This document shows, piece after piece, positions 29,826-40,048 of a stretch of 64,000 bases of DNA (position 1 is the stretch's first letter; the number at the start of each line of letters is the position of its first letter). The notes below the pieces were generated by a model, which was not told the DNA's origin, searched no databases, and worked only from the letters and a program-made list of their open reading frames with translations. Made by a program: the position numbers and the translations under genes. This DNA comes from Bdellovibrionales bacterium (lineage in GTDB: Bacteria > Bdellovibrionota > Bdellovibrionia > Bdellovibrionales > UBA1609): the NCBI GenBank assembly GCA_019695175.1, contig JAIBAM010000009.1:1235-65234 (forward strand). The letters run 5' to 3'.

Positions 29826-31970
29826 ATGATGCCAAAAAATTATTGTTGGTTTTTACTATTTTTGCTTTTCTTTTTTTTAATCCCTAAAAGAGCCATCAGC
29901 TCCACACTCGACCTAGATCCAGATTGGCTGAAAACTTATCAAACAGGAATAAAATTATCTCTCACTTCACCATTGGAAGCCTGTGAAAAATTTATCTCAC
30001 TGAGTAAAATAAAATCCTTTCCCCTCCAGCAATTAGCCTACTATCGAAGTTTAGAGAATTGCAGTGCGAATACTTCTAATTTAGCAAGCACTTCTGAAAG
30101 CAGAATTTTTTCTGAAAATGATCTGAATGATCTTCCCAAATGGCTTAAAGGTCCCGCACTAAAAGGACTTTTAACACGAGCGATTCAAGCTAATGACATA
30201 CCCTCTCAAATTGAGCTTTTAATCGCACAAGCTAAAATGGAAGATCAACTTGAAATCAAAATTGGAATTATCCAAAAGACAATTCAACTCTCACAGCAAT
30301 ACAACATTAAAGATAAACTTGAACCTCTTACGGCAAAATTAGAAGAGTTAGCTCCTCGCTATAAATTAAACCCTTCAAAAAAAGATTGGATCACCGTCGC
30401 CAAGGATTTAAAACGAGCGCGGGAGTTTAAAAAAGCAAAGTTTTACTTCCAACGAATTGTTTCCAATAAAAATTTTTCCTTCAATGAAAAATGGATCGCC
30501 CTTAAAGAGTTAGCACAAATATCAAAGTGGGAGCAGAACGCTAAAAAACACCTTCTTATCTTAAATCAAATTGTGGAATTCACCCTGCCCCAGAAAAAAA
30601 ATCGTTCCCCACCCCAGTGGCAACTTCACTTGGATGCGGTACTTGCCTTTGCAAGAGCTACTTGGACCCAAGGGAATGCTGATAAAGCCAAACTCTTTTT
30701 ATTAAAAAAAATTAAATTCTTTAGAGCCCGTATCGGTTTAGGGGAAATTTATTGGCTCTTGGGTCGAATTTTAGAGGAGAATAATCAACTTCCCGGATCG
30801 ATCCAATGGATGAAAAAAGCTATTAAAGAACCCCATTTGTCCACAGAAATGAGCGAAAAAATATTATGGAATTGGGCCTGGAACTTAATTAAATTAAAGC
30901 AATGGCAGCAAGCCATAAACACTCTGACAATGGCTGAGTCAAAAACCGAAAATGATTTTGTCCGATTTCGTTTTCTATTTTGGTTGGCCTACTGTGAAAA
31001 AAACAAAGGTGATAAAGATTCAGCACTGAACACTTACAAAAAACTCAGTGAGTTGGATCCGTTGGGGTATTATGGTTTATTAGCACGCCGAGAAGCACAG
31101 ATTCCCCTCTCTTTTGATTTCAATTCCCAAAAAGACGCCATAACTCCTCTAAGTAAGGATTCAGAAAAAATTTATAATTATGTCGACTTCAAAATCATCC
31201 AATGGTTGCTAGCTGTTGAAGAGTTTGAATTGGCAAAAAACTATTTGAATGAATCCTTTGCAAACAATAAAAATACAGAATCTTTCGATAATGAAACCTG
31301 GGTTGAGCTCCTAAAGCTCTACGCTCAAACCGGCTATTATCAAAACCTTTTTGAAGGATTGGCACAAATTCCCGCTCAAAAAAGAAAACAAATTTTAATG
31401 ACTCATCCTGATTTGTTGTTTCCCCGTCCTTTTGCCGTTTTAGCTCAAAATGCTGCTAAAAAAACAGCTCTTCCTGTCGAGCTACTATTTTCAATCATGA
31501 GACAAGAGTCTTCATTTAATCCTTATGCTAGAAGTCCCGCAGACGCTTTTGGTTTGATGCAAATTCTTCCCAACGTGGCCCAAGATGTAGCCACTCAATT
31601 CAAGTTGGATTTCCAGATTCGTCAGCCAGAAGATCTTTATAGACCTGAACTGAATATTCTTCTTGGAGCCTTCCATTTACAAGATTTATGGAGAAAATTT
31701 AAAGGGCGACTTATACTAACTGCTGCCTCCTATAATGCGAACCAAAAAGCCGTTCGCCAATGGTTTGAAAAGCGCCGCCACACAGACCCCTTTATTTTTA
31801 TCGAGGAAATTCCTTATGATGAAACACGTAATTATGTTCGATTAGTCTTACGCAATATAGTTTTTTACCAACTCTTAAATAAACCAGTGAATAAAGAGGA
31901 ACTTATAAATAAAGATGTTTCTACTGGAGATATTCATGCTTTATTTCCAGATTGGGTTTTAAAACTTTAA
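29826..31970 (+). CDS. slt: soluble lytic murein transglycosylase (Slt70-like)
   Basis: C-terminal SLT domain FSIMRQESSFNPYARSPADAFGLMQI, with a superhelical repeat-like N-terminal region. The track start is GTG 29766; I prefer ATG 29826 (MMPKNYCWFLLFLLFFF signal). Confidence 0.8.
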   Translation: MMPKNYCWFLLFLLFFFLIPKRAISSTLDLDPDWLKTYQTGIKLSLTSPLEACEKFISLSKIKSFPLQQLAYYRSLENCSANTSNLASTSESRIFSENDLNDLPKWLKGPALKGLLTRAIQANDIPSQIELLIAQAKMEDQLEIKIGIIQKTIQLSQQYNIKDKLEPLTAKLEELAPRYKLNPSKKDWITVAKDLKRAREFKKAKFYFQRIVSNKNFSFNEKWIALKELAQISKWEQNAKKHLLILNQIVEFTLPQKKNRSPPQWQLHLDAVLAFARATWTQGNADKAKLFLLKKIKFFRARIGLGEIYWLLGRILEENNQLPGSIQWMKKAIKEPHLSTEMSEKILWNWAWNLIKLKQWQQAINTLTMAESKTENDFVRFRFLFWLAYCEKNKGDKDSALNTYKKLSELDPLGYYGLLARREAQIPLSFDFNSQKDAITPLSKDSEKIYNYVDFKIIQWLLAVEEFELAKNYLNESFANNKNTESFDNETWVELLKLYAQTGYYQNLFEGLAQIPAQKRKQILMTHPDLLFPRPFAVLAQNAAKKTALPVELLFSIMRQESSFNPYARSPADAFGLMQILPNVAQDVATQFKLDFQIRQPEDLYRPELNILLGAFHLQDLWRKFKGRLILTAASYNANQKAVRQWFEKRRHTDPFIFIEEIPYDETRNYVRLVLRNIVFYQLLNKPVNKEELINKDVSTGDIHALFPDWVLKL

Positions 31971-32217
31971 TTCTCCAACTCTTTAAAACATTACGCATGA
32001 ATGCCTTGGATACTCCCAATCAAAGCGTCCCTATTGTCTATTCCTTTTACAGTCAGGAAAAAGATCATCAAGATCTCCCTTTAAAACAAGATTGTTTTAT
32101 TAATAATTTCAGATAATTAGAACCCTATCGGACGGCATTAATCTTGCTCTCTTAACAGTTAATTACGATAGGAAGAATCGACTCAATATTTAACACCTTA
32201 AAAAGGACAGCAAGGTT

Positions 32218-33681
32218 ATGAAAAGCACAAAACAATATAAAAAAAGTCACCACCAAAAAAACTCTCATTTACTCTACCTTTTAATTTCAGGTTTTGTTGC
32301 TTATGAAGGAATCCAATTCCTAATGAATCCTTCTCCTTTTCTCCAAACGAATAATTCAATAAATTATATAGAACTAGGTTCCAAAAAAGGAACTCGAACC
32401 ACCACTCTTGGAAAGGTTGTTCCAAAAGCAATCGATAAAAAACAAAAAATAGAACTTCAAGTTTTACTTAACGACCCCGCCATGTCCCAATCCTGGGGAC
32501 TTAAAACCACGGAGGCCCAAAAGGCTTGGCGAGTCACCACCGGAAGTAAATCCATTGTAGTAGCCATTATAGATACAGGTATCGATAAACATCCTGATTT
32601 AGTTGATAATCTTTGGGTTAATCCCGGAGAGACAGGTTTGGATAAATTCGGTCATGATAAGGCCACAAACAATATTGATGACGACGGGGATGGATTTGTT
32701 GATGATGTGCATGGCTGGAACTTCGTAAAAAACAGTAGGGATCTCACCGATAACCACGGTCATGGCACCCACATCGCAGGTATTATCGGCGCCGTAGGTG
32801 GCAATGGTATTGGTATTTCTGGAATCTCCCCAAAGGTGAGCATGATGATTCTAAAATATTATGATCCCAAAGCCACAGAGTCCAGTAACCTCTTAAATAC
32901 AGTTAAAGCCATTAACTACGCCGTCAGTAAGGGAGCCAACATCATTAATTATTCCGGAGGTGGATTGGAACCAAGTAATGAAGAAAAAAAAGCTATTCAA
33001 ATGGCTGAGAAAAAAGGGATTTTGTTTGTGGCGGCAGCGGGCAATGAGCGATCCAATTCTGACATCAAAAAATACTATCCCGCTGATTATGGGCTTTCAA
33101 ACATCATTTCAGTTACCGCCATTGATAAGAATAAATCAATTCTACCTTCGAGCAACTACGGCGAGCAAAGTGTGGATATTGCAGCCCCAGGAAATGATAT
33201 CTATTCCACCTTACCCAATGGGCAGTATGGTTTTCTTACTGGTACATCACAAGCTACTGCATTTGTGTCAGGAGTGGCTGCGCTTGTTATGGCGAACAAT
33301 TCAGAGCTCAAAAAGGCCGAACAAATCAAAAAATATCTCACACAAACTGGCGATGCCGTTGAGGAACTCAGTGGGAAAACTCGCTACCATAAAGTTCTAA
33401 ATTCCTATAAAGCGTTAGCTATTCAAGACAGTGATCTATCCATTACTGGGGTTCGAGTGGAAAATACTCTCCATATGGGATCGAATACTTTTAATTCTGA
33501 CAAAATGAATTTAAATACTAGAACCAAAAGTGTCAGCCAATCCCTGACCCCTGAATTAGAGATTGCAAGCTTTGGTAAAGCTTTACAAAAAGCAGTTGTT
33601 CCTCAAGCAAAACTCGCTCTACCAAAATCAGAGGAAAGCGCTTTAGAAAACAAAAATATTAATCCTTACCCCGAACTTTAA
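32218..33681 (+). CDS. secreted subtilisin-like S8 serine peptidase
   Basis: Asp/His/Ser triad contexts: VVAIIDTGID, HGHGTHIAGIIGA and GTSQATAFVSGVAAL. Confidence 0.9.
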   Translation: MKSTKQYKKSHHQKNSHLLYLLISGFVAYEGIQFLMNPSPFLQTNNSINYIELGSKKGTRTTTLGKVVPKAIDKKQKIELQVLLNDPAMSQSWGLKTTEAQKAWRVTTGSKSIVVAIIDTGIDKHPDLVDNLWVNPGETGLDKFGHDKATNNIDDDGDGFVDDVHGWNFVKNSRDLTDNHGHGTHIAGIIGAVGGNGIGISGISPKVSMMILKYYDPKATESSNLLNTVKAINYAVSKGANIINYSGGGLEPSNEEKKAIQMAEKKGILFVAAAGNERSNSDIKKYYPADYGLSNIISVTAIDKNKSILPSSNYGEQSVDIAAPGNDIYSTLPNGQYGFLTGTSQATAFVSGVAALVMANNSELKKAEQIKKYLTQTGDAVEELSGKTRYHKVLNSYKALAIQDSDLSITGVRVENTLHMGSNTFNSDKMNLNTRTKSVSQSLTPELEIASFGKALQKAVVPQAKLALPKSEESALENKNINPYPEL

Positions 33682-34002
33682 TAAGTATTTTAGAGCACCA
33701 TAGTACGAATATTAGAAATATTAAAATCCCATTGTTTTTTGTATCTATATTAATAATATTTATTAAGTATTTTTTGAAAGCTCTCATATCAATCCAAAGC
33801 CCTAAAGGGTTAAATACTTCACCAAGACTGAAAGTTGAAACAAATCTTAACGCAAAATTGAACTAAAAAAATATTGTGAAATTAAAGTTTGATCTGAAAT
33901 TAATTACTTTTCTGATGTTTCTAATGTTAAATATTTTTTATTTAAAGTTTAGAAAAAATTCAGATTAAAATAAAAATTGCTGTTTTACAAACTTCCTTCT
34001 TT

Positions 34003-34944
34003 TTATGCCGATTTTTGGAAAAACCACTCCAGAGTGACAACAAAAAAGATGATGGCCACCCCCAAACCAATAAGATTTCGGGCCGCAGGCACCATAAAAC
34101 CAATGCCAATAAGAATTCCCCCACAAATCATAACAAGGGTAGATAAACGGGGGAAAATTTTTTTTGCCCACTGGGTGCGTGGTTTCAGTAGAGACGATAC
34201 GGCTAAATTTAGGGCTTCAATTTCTTTTTGCATTTGCAAAGCAATTTCATCCCCTGAGTGGGCCTCTAGAAGCCGTCGATATTGTTGGGAAGCGTACACC
34301 AAGTTATTTTCCTTATGGCATAGACCCACAAATCTACGATGGCTGTCTAAATCTTCATACTTTCCCAAAACAGCTTGCCATTGTTGCCTCAAATGGCTAC
34401 TAGCGGGCACCCAAGACTGATGATTTTCTAAAAAGTTGAGCTTCGCAAAAACCACGCCACACTTAGGACACTCTTTATCTCCTGAATGGTACAGTGCTTG
34501 ACAACGGGGGCAATGGAACTTGGTACCAAGTAATGGATCCGAACGACCTATTGACTTGTGTTCCAGATTTAAATTGGCGCTTTGTTTTTTTTCTACAAGG
34601 TTCGATTTTGTTGCCGAGGTAGCCTCTTTTGCTTCCACAGAAATTGGACCACTTTTTCCATCACTTTCAGATTGACCACTCAGCCACGCCACAGGAAAAC
34701 CCAAAACTTCTTTTTGAGCATCAAGTTCAGGAAACGGAAACCAGAACTTAGAGTAACACTTGATGCATTCAAATTGAGGTTTTGACTCTTTAATTTCAGC
34801 CGCCATCACAGAATAGAGCTTAAAACACTGGGGACAACGAACTTTTAAAACACGTTGCTCATAATCCTCATTTTTTGGTAAAGGAATCTCAGGCCCCGTT
34901 TGAGGACTGGTTGATAATTTCGTTGAGTTTTCAATTGATTCCAA
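34003..34944 (-). CDS. hypothetical double zinc-ribbon protein with a C-terminal membrane anchor
   Basis: Two C-x2-C...C-x2-C units (CPQCFK...CIKCYS and CPRCQA...CPKCG) and a C-terminal TM pair (LVMICGGILIGIGF and LGVAIIFFVV). Confidence 0.55.
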   Translation of the reverse strand: MESIENSTKLSTSPQTGPEIPLPKNEDYEQRVLKVRCPQCFKLYSVMAAEIKESKPQFECIKCYSKFWFPFPELDAQKEVLGFPVAWLSGQSESDGKSGPISVEAKEATSATKSNLVEKKQSANLNLEHKSIGRSDPLLGTKFHCPRCQALYHSGDKECPKCGVVFAKLNFLENHQSWVPASSHLRQQWQAVLGKYEDLDSHRRFVGLCHKENNLVYASQQYRRLLEAHSGDEIALQMQKEIEALNLAVSSLLKPRTQWAKKIFPRLSTLVMICGGILIGIGFMVPAARNLIGLGVAIIFFVVTLEWFFQKSA

Positions 34945-34965
34945 CTAGCCCCTCCTTAGTAATTA

Positions 34966-36591
34966 ATGATAGCCTGCCTTCATATGCAGATGAAACTGAA
35001 AAAAAAATCTTCCAACTTCTGGTTACCCATTCTATCAGGAATTTTTATTGGAACAAGCTATATTCCTTTTCCTCCTTGGGCGATTTTGTTTGCTTATGTT
35101 CCCCTTTGGATTTGGTGGAGTCAGCAAGAAAGGTGGTCAAAAGTTTGGTGGGGGGGGTGGCTTACCCAATTCACATTAAATTTGATTGGCTTTAATTGGG
35201 TTACCTACACCATCCATGAATTTGGCCATTTAAATTGGTTTATTTCAGTGCTGGGATTTTTACTTTATTGTGGTTTTTCAAGTCTCCATATCCCATTGGC
35301 CGGCCTTTTGTGGTTTTTTCTCAAACGCCATTTAAAGCCAAACTCGAAGCTTGAAATTACTCTTTTACCTGCGACCGCAATTTTGTGTGAACTTCTCTAC
35401 CCCATGATTTTCACCTGGCACTTGGGATACACTTTGTTGTGGCAGGGGTGGCCTATTTTCAACCTAGCCGAATTCGTCGGATTTCAAGGACTGAGCTCTC
35501 TTATTTTTATTTTTAATGCTTTGATTTTCTTAATTGCTGTCACTGCCCAACAAAAATCAAAAATTGTGACCGGATTTCGTTTTCTCGGCATTTTCTTTAT
35601 TTTCCTCTCTTTGAATTTATGGGGGCATTGGTTACAAAAAAGACTACCCCAACCAGACCGATCGGCCCGAATTCTTAACGTTCAAGCCAATATTGGGAAT
35701 ACCGATAAAATTTATGAGCAATATAGGGATCAATTTTTAAATATTGTCTTGGAACGGTATCTTTCCATCACAGATAAGGGATTAAACCAAAATGGAAACC
35801 ACCCCCCTATTGACTTTATTTTATGGCCAGAATCCGCTTACCCCCATTTTTTAGACCCACCCACCTTAAATTCAACTCAACCCGGAATAAAACTCAGAGA
35901 TTATCTAAGACAACAGCAAATACATTTAATTACGGGAGCCTACAGCCGAGACCCACAAGCAAGACAAATTATGGTGTCCATGGCCTTTTTAGGGGCGAAC
36001 GGTTACGGAATCGATTCACCCTATGGAAAATCAAAACTGTTAGTTTTTGGGGAGTACATCCCTGGAATTAAATATTTTCCATTTATAAAAAAATTCCTTC
36101 CGGAAATTGGTGAATTTCTTCCTGGATCGGGACCACAAATCAAAACTGTTCGAGGTCTAAAAATTGGTCCACAAATATGCTACGAAAGTCTTTTTGATGA
36201 GGTCAGTCGAAGTCTAGCCCAAAAAGGCGCTCAAATACTCGTAAATATCACCAATGATTCGTGGTACGGCAGTTGGCAAGAACCCTATCAACATCTTTAT
36301 ATGACTTTGGCTCGCGCTATTGAAGTGCGAAAACCTCTGATTCGTGCCACCAATACGGGAATTTCAAGTGCGATCCTAGCCAACGGCCAAATTCTTACCC
36401 AATCCCCGCTCAACCAGGAATGGTTTTTTATCTATGATGTTCCCTACAGCTCCCATTCATCACCAACAATATTTATGTCTTGGGGTTTTTATTTTTCCTG
36501 GTTCATAGTCGTCTTTATTTTTATTTTAAATTCAATTTATTTTCTTTTCAAAAAAAAACAAACAAACATAAACTATTTATATAAAACTTGA
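34966..36591 (+). CDS. lnt: apolipoprotein N-acyltransferase
   Basis: Polytopic N-terminus, a CN-hydrolase domain with WPESA, and ICYESLF (catalytic Cys context). The start could be a few codons downstream. Confidence 0.88.
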   Translation: MIACLHMQMKLKKKSSNFWLPILSGIFIGTSYIPFPPWAILFAYVPLWIWWSQQERWSKVWWGGWLTQFTLNLIGFNWVTYTIHEFGHLNWFISVLGFLLYCGFSSLHIPLAGLLWFFLKRHLKPNSKLEITLLPATAILCELLYPMIFTWHLGYTLLWQGWPIFNLAEFVGFQGLSSLIFIFNALIFLIAVTAQQKSKIVTGFRFLGIFFIFLSLNLWGHWLQKRLPQPDRSARILNVQANIGNTDKIYEQYRDQFLNIVLERYLSITDKGLNQNGNHPPIDFILWPESAYPHFLDPPTLNSTQPGIKLRDYLRQQQIHLITGAYSRDPQARQIMVSMAFLGANGYGIDSPYGKSKLLVFGEYIPGIKYFPFIKKFLPEIGEFLPGSGPQIKTVRGLKIGPQICYESLFDEVSRSLAQKGAQILVNITNDSWYGSWQEPYQHLYMTLARAIEVRKPLIRATNTGISSAILANGQILTQSPLNQEWFFIYDVPYSSHSSPTIFMSWGFYFSWFIVVFIFILNSIYFLFKKKQTNINYLYKT

Positions 36592-36598
36592 GGTTGTC

Positions 36599-38965
36599 AT
36601 GGCGAACCCTGCCCAATCCCCAAAAGTATTTGTGGATTTAGATTGGCTCCAGATCCAACAAAAAATTCAAAGTTATGCAACCAGCGAGTTGGGCAAACAA
36701 GTCCTTAGCGAATTAAAACCCCTGGCCTCTGCAGAGGAAGCCAAAACACACTTTCAAAAACTCCAGGAGTTTCGATCTGTTCTTATCATGGGTCAAAGAG
36801 CCCATATGGAAAGCATTGACCTCTTTAACCTGTGGTTTCAAAGATTAAAAAAAGATGCCGTGTTAAAAACTCTAGAATTAAAAGATGTCAGACATTTCTG
36901 TATGGAAGCAGTAGCTCTTAAAGAAATTTTAAAACAACAAAAACAAACCTGGATCTATTCTCTTGAACAACGGATTATGGAAGCCATAGAACCACTTTCT
37001 GCCATCGATCAAATCATGACTCCGGATGGTGAAATACGCACAGATGCTAGTGAAACGCTTTACAAACTTTATCGAGAAAAATCAAATCAGGCCCAAAGCA
37101 TACAACAAACCCTAGACCGATTGGTTCGACAACACAACATGGATACAGTCTTGCAAGAAAAATATGTAACCACCAGAGAAGGTCGTTGGGTGTTACCGGT
37201 CAAAGGAGGCATGCAACACCATTTTGAGGGTCTTATTCATTCCACCAGTCAAACAAAACAAACTGTATTTATGGAGCCTAAAGAAGTAATTCCCCTCAAC
37301 AATAGACTCCGACAAGTAGAAATAGAAATTGAAGAAGAAATTGAACGAATCCTTTCCCAACTTTCTCTATACCTAAGCCAAAGGAAAGCTGAATTTTCTG
37401 AAACAAAAGAAGTTTTGTTGGAATGTGATGTTTTATTTTCTCAGGCCCTATTGGCCAACCATTTGGAAGCCCACCCGCCAGAGTTTGTTCAAAATCAAAT
37501 GGAACTCTTAGGGCTTCGCCATCCCCTATTAATTTACAACCAACACAACCATTCAGAAAAAAAACAACCCATTGTTAGCAATGATGTTAGGATGGATGAT
37601 CAGAGTCGAATTCTTCTCCTATCGGGCCCCAATGCTGGAGGCAAAACCGTTCTACTTAAATCCATTGGTTTAGCGGCGCATATGGCTCGATGTGGTTTAT
37701 TTATTTGTGCAGAAGAAGGCTCTAAACTTCCCTTTTTTGAAGAAATCCATGTTGCCGTCGGAGATTCACAAAATATTGATGCCCAACTTTCCACATTTGC
37801 GGCTCATTTAAAAATTTTAAATGGGGCAAGTTATGTCCATGGAAATAATCATTTGTTACTCATTGATGAAATTTGTGGTTCCACCGATCCCGAAGAAGGG
37901 ACAGCACTAGCCAGAAGTTTTATTAAAACCTATGCTTCCAACCACGTGTTTGGCGTGATCACTTCCCATTTGGGTCCGTTAAAACTAGGATGGGAGAAAA
38001 ATTCTGGTGTGACCAATGGAAGTCTTGAGTACGACACAGTTTCTGGAAAACCCACCTATCATTTTCTTATGGGAGTTCCCGGGCAGTCACTAGCCATTCA
38101 AACTGCCAAAAGAGTGGGAGTGCAAGATCCTATTATTGAGCAAGCTTTGCAAATGCTCTCCCCAGATCACCAAAAATATCAACAAGGCCTCGCCGAACTG
38201 GAAAGCACTAAAACTGAATTAAGAGAGTTGAAGGAAAAACTCCGTCACGAGACACAAGCCATGCAGAAGGAAAAATTAAAATTTCAAAAACTCAATGAAA
38301 AGTTTCATCAAGAAAAGGATCAAATGATTCATCAAGTCACCAGAAGGGCCGAGAAAAAAATTGATCGCTTGATTGAAAACACCAAGGTAGAACAAGTTTT
38401 TCGTCGTCACGAAAAACTCTCTCAGACAAAATTTGATCTCCCTGAAATCATTAAATCAAGTCACAAACCCACCACCACTGCCCGCATTGAAACCGCTGAA
38501 GACTTTGCAAAAGCTTTTCCCCCCAGCTCCAAAGTATTTGCCCCTTCTCTGGGAAGGGATGCCGTTGTCCAGGGTATTCCCAATGCCCGAGGAGAAGTAC
38601 CCATTTTGTCCCAATCCATGCGTTTACTAATTCCCTGGCAACAGCTCAAAATGGCGCAAAATACCACAAATCCCACAGTGGAAGTTTTAAGAAAAAGCAA
38701 GAATATAAATTCAAATTATTTAGAAGGAATTCGCGTTGTCGACCTTAGGGGGCTTCGTTCCGAAGAGGCCCTTACTCAATTGGAAACCCAATTAGATAAG
38801 GCGTTACTCAACTCAGAAGATCGATTTAAAATTATTCACGGCAACGGGACTGAGAGTCTGAAACGATCCGTTCGATCCTATTTATCCCGAAACGTCCATG
38901 TTAAAAAATGGAAAGTAGGAGGTCCTGATGGGGGCGGTGACGGCATCACTTGGGTGGAAATTTAG
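36599..38965 (+). CDS. mutS2: endonuclease MutS2 (MutS ATPase plus Smr domain)
   Basis: Walker A LLSGPNAGGKTVLLKS, LLIDEICGSTDPEEG, and a C-terminal Smr domain VDLRGLRSEEAL...IIHGNGTESLKRSV. Confidence 0.92.
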   Translation: MANPAQSPKVFVDLDWLQIQQKIQSYATSELGKQVLSELKPLASAEEAKTHFQKLQEFRSVLIMGQRAHMESIDLFNLWFQRLKKDAVLKTLELKDVRHFCMEAVALKEILKQQKQTWIYSLEQRIMEAIEPLSAIDQIMTPDGEIRTDASETLYKLYREKSNQAQSIQQTLDRLVRQHNMDTVLQEKYVTTREGRWVLPVKGGMQHHFEGLIHSTSQTKQTVFMEPKEVIPLNNRLRQVEIEIEEEIERILSQLSLYLSQRKAEFSETKEVLLECDVLFSQALLANHLEAHPPEFVQNQMELLGLRHPLLIYNQHNHSEKKQPIVSNDVRMDDQSRILLLSGPNAGGKTVLLKSIGLAAHMARCGLFICAEEGSKLPFFEEIHVAVGDSQNIDAQLSTFAAHLKILNGASYVHGNNHLLLIDEICGSTDPEEGTALARSFIKTYASNHVFGVITSHLGPLKLGWEKNSGVTNGSLEYDTVSGKPTYHFLMGVPGQSLAIQTAKRVGVQDPIIEQALQMLSPDHQKYQQGLAELESTKTELRELKEKLRHETQAMQKEKLKFQKLNEKFHQEKDQMIHQVTRRAEKKIDRLIENTKVEQVFRRHEKLSQTKFDLPEIIKSSHKPTTTARIETAEDFAKAFPPSSKVFAPSLGRDAVVQGIPNARGEVPILSQSMRLLIPWQQLKMAQNTTNPTVEVLRKSKNINSNYLEGIRVVDLRGLRSEEALTQLETQLDKALLNSEDRFKIIHGNGTESLKRSVRSYLSRNVHVKKWKVGGPDGGGDGITWVEI

Positions 38966-38989
38966 TTCCCCCAACTTCCGAACCAACGC

Positions 38990-40048
38990 TCAAGGAACTT
39001 CTTCTGCTATTTCCAACAGGATTTTTTGAATGTCTTTTGCTGAAGGAACAGAGGCTTCCTCTAGGTTGGGATGCAGCCCAATCCCCGGAAGTTGCTTGCC
39101 AGCTAAAACTCTGGGTCTGGCCAGAAGCTCATAAAACAATTCTTGTGTAGCCCTATAAGCTAAATGTTCCCCAAAGTTAGTGACCTCCGTGTCTTCATTG
39201 AGAAACAACACTCGACCCGTTTTTTGAATTGATTTTTTAATCAACGCCCAGTCGTAGGGATAAAGGCTTCTTAAATCAATGACTTCAATGGATAAGCGAT
39301 TATTTTTTAACAAATCCTCCGCCACCTTATGAGCTAATAAAGCATGTCGACCGTAGGTCACAACGGTAATTTGATTTCCTTCACACAAGACTTTCCCTTG
39401 TCCAATAGGAATCATAAATTTTTCCAATTGCGGCCACTGAGGTTTCCACTGGCTTCGATCTCCAATAGGAGCATCAATCATGGACTTTAATTTTTTCTCA
39501 TCACTAGGTTCCCCTGGAATCAATTCCGCACCTCGAACTCGCATCAAGGCCTTAGATTTTAAAAACAAAACTGGGTTGGGATCTTCAATGGCCGAAAGCA
39601 TGAGTCCATAAGCATCCAGAGGAGTCGATGGCATAACTACTTTCCAACCCGGAAGTCGAGTGGCCCAGCCATCTAAACTGTGACTGTGATAAAGCGACCC
39701 GTGAATTCCTGCCCCAACTGGTGTCATCACCACAATGGAAAGAGGATACTGTCCATTGCTACTCCACAATGTATTCCCCGCCACCTTTAATAAATCTATC
39801 GTATTAAAAATATAATCACAAAATTGAATTTCAGCGACACAACGTTCCCCAGCCAACCCAATTCCAATGGCCATTCCAATGATTCCACGTTCATCAAGGG
39901 GTGTATTCCAAGATGTCTTAAGGCCCTGAGTGGCCGTAAAAACTCCACCCATGGGTTCCCCCACGTCTTCACCAAAGATATCCTTAACCCCTAAATGGGT
40001 CTCACCATAGTGCAGTGCCATGCGAATTGCTTGTGCCATGTTCGCCAT
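38990..40048 (-). CDS. 2-oxoacid dehydrogenase E1 component, beta subunit
   Basis: Transketolase-like pyrimidine-binding and C-terminal domains (FGEDVG..GGVF, RCVAEIQF.DYI). TAATG one-base overlap with the alpha subunit stop. Confidence 0.85.
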   Translation of the reverse strand: MANMAQAIRMALHYGETHLGVKDIFGEDVGEPMGGVFTATQGLKTSWNTPLDERGIIGMAIGIGLAGERCVAEIQFCDYIFNTIDLLKVAGNTLWSSNGQYPLSIVVMTPVGAGIHGSLYHSHSLDGWATRLPGWKVVMPSTPLDAYGLMLSAIEDPNPVLFLKSKALMRVRGAELIPGEPSDEKKLKSMIDAPIGDRSQWKPQWPQLEKFMIPIGQGKVLCEGNQITVVTYGRHALLAHKVAEDLLKNNRLSIEVIDLRSLYPYDWALIKKSIQKTGRVLFLNEDTEVTNFGEHLAYRATQELFYELLARPRVLAGKQLPGIGLHPNLEEASVPSAKDIQKILLEIAEEVP

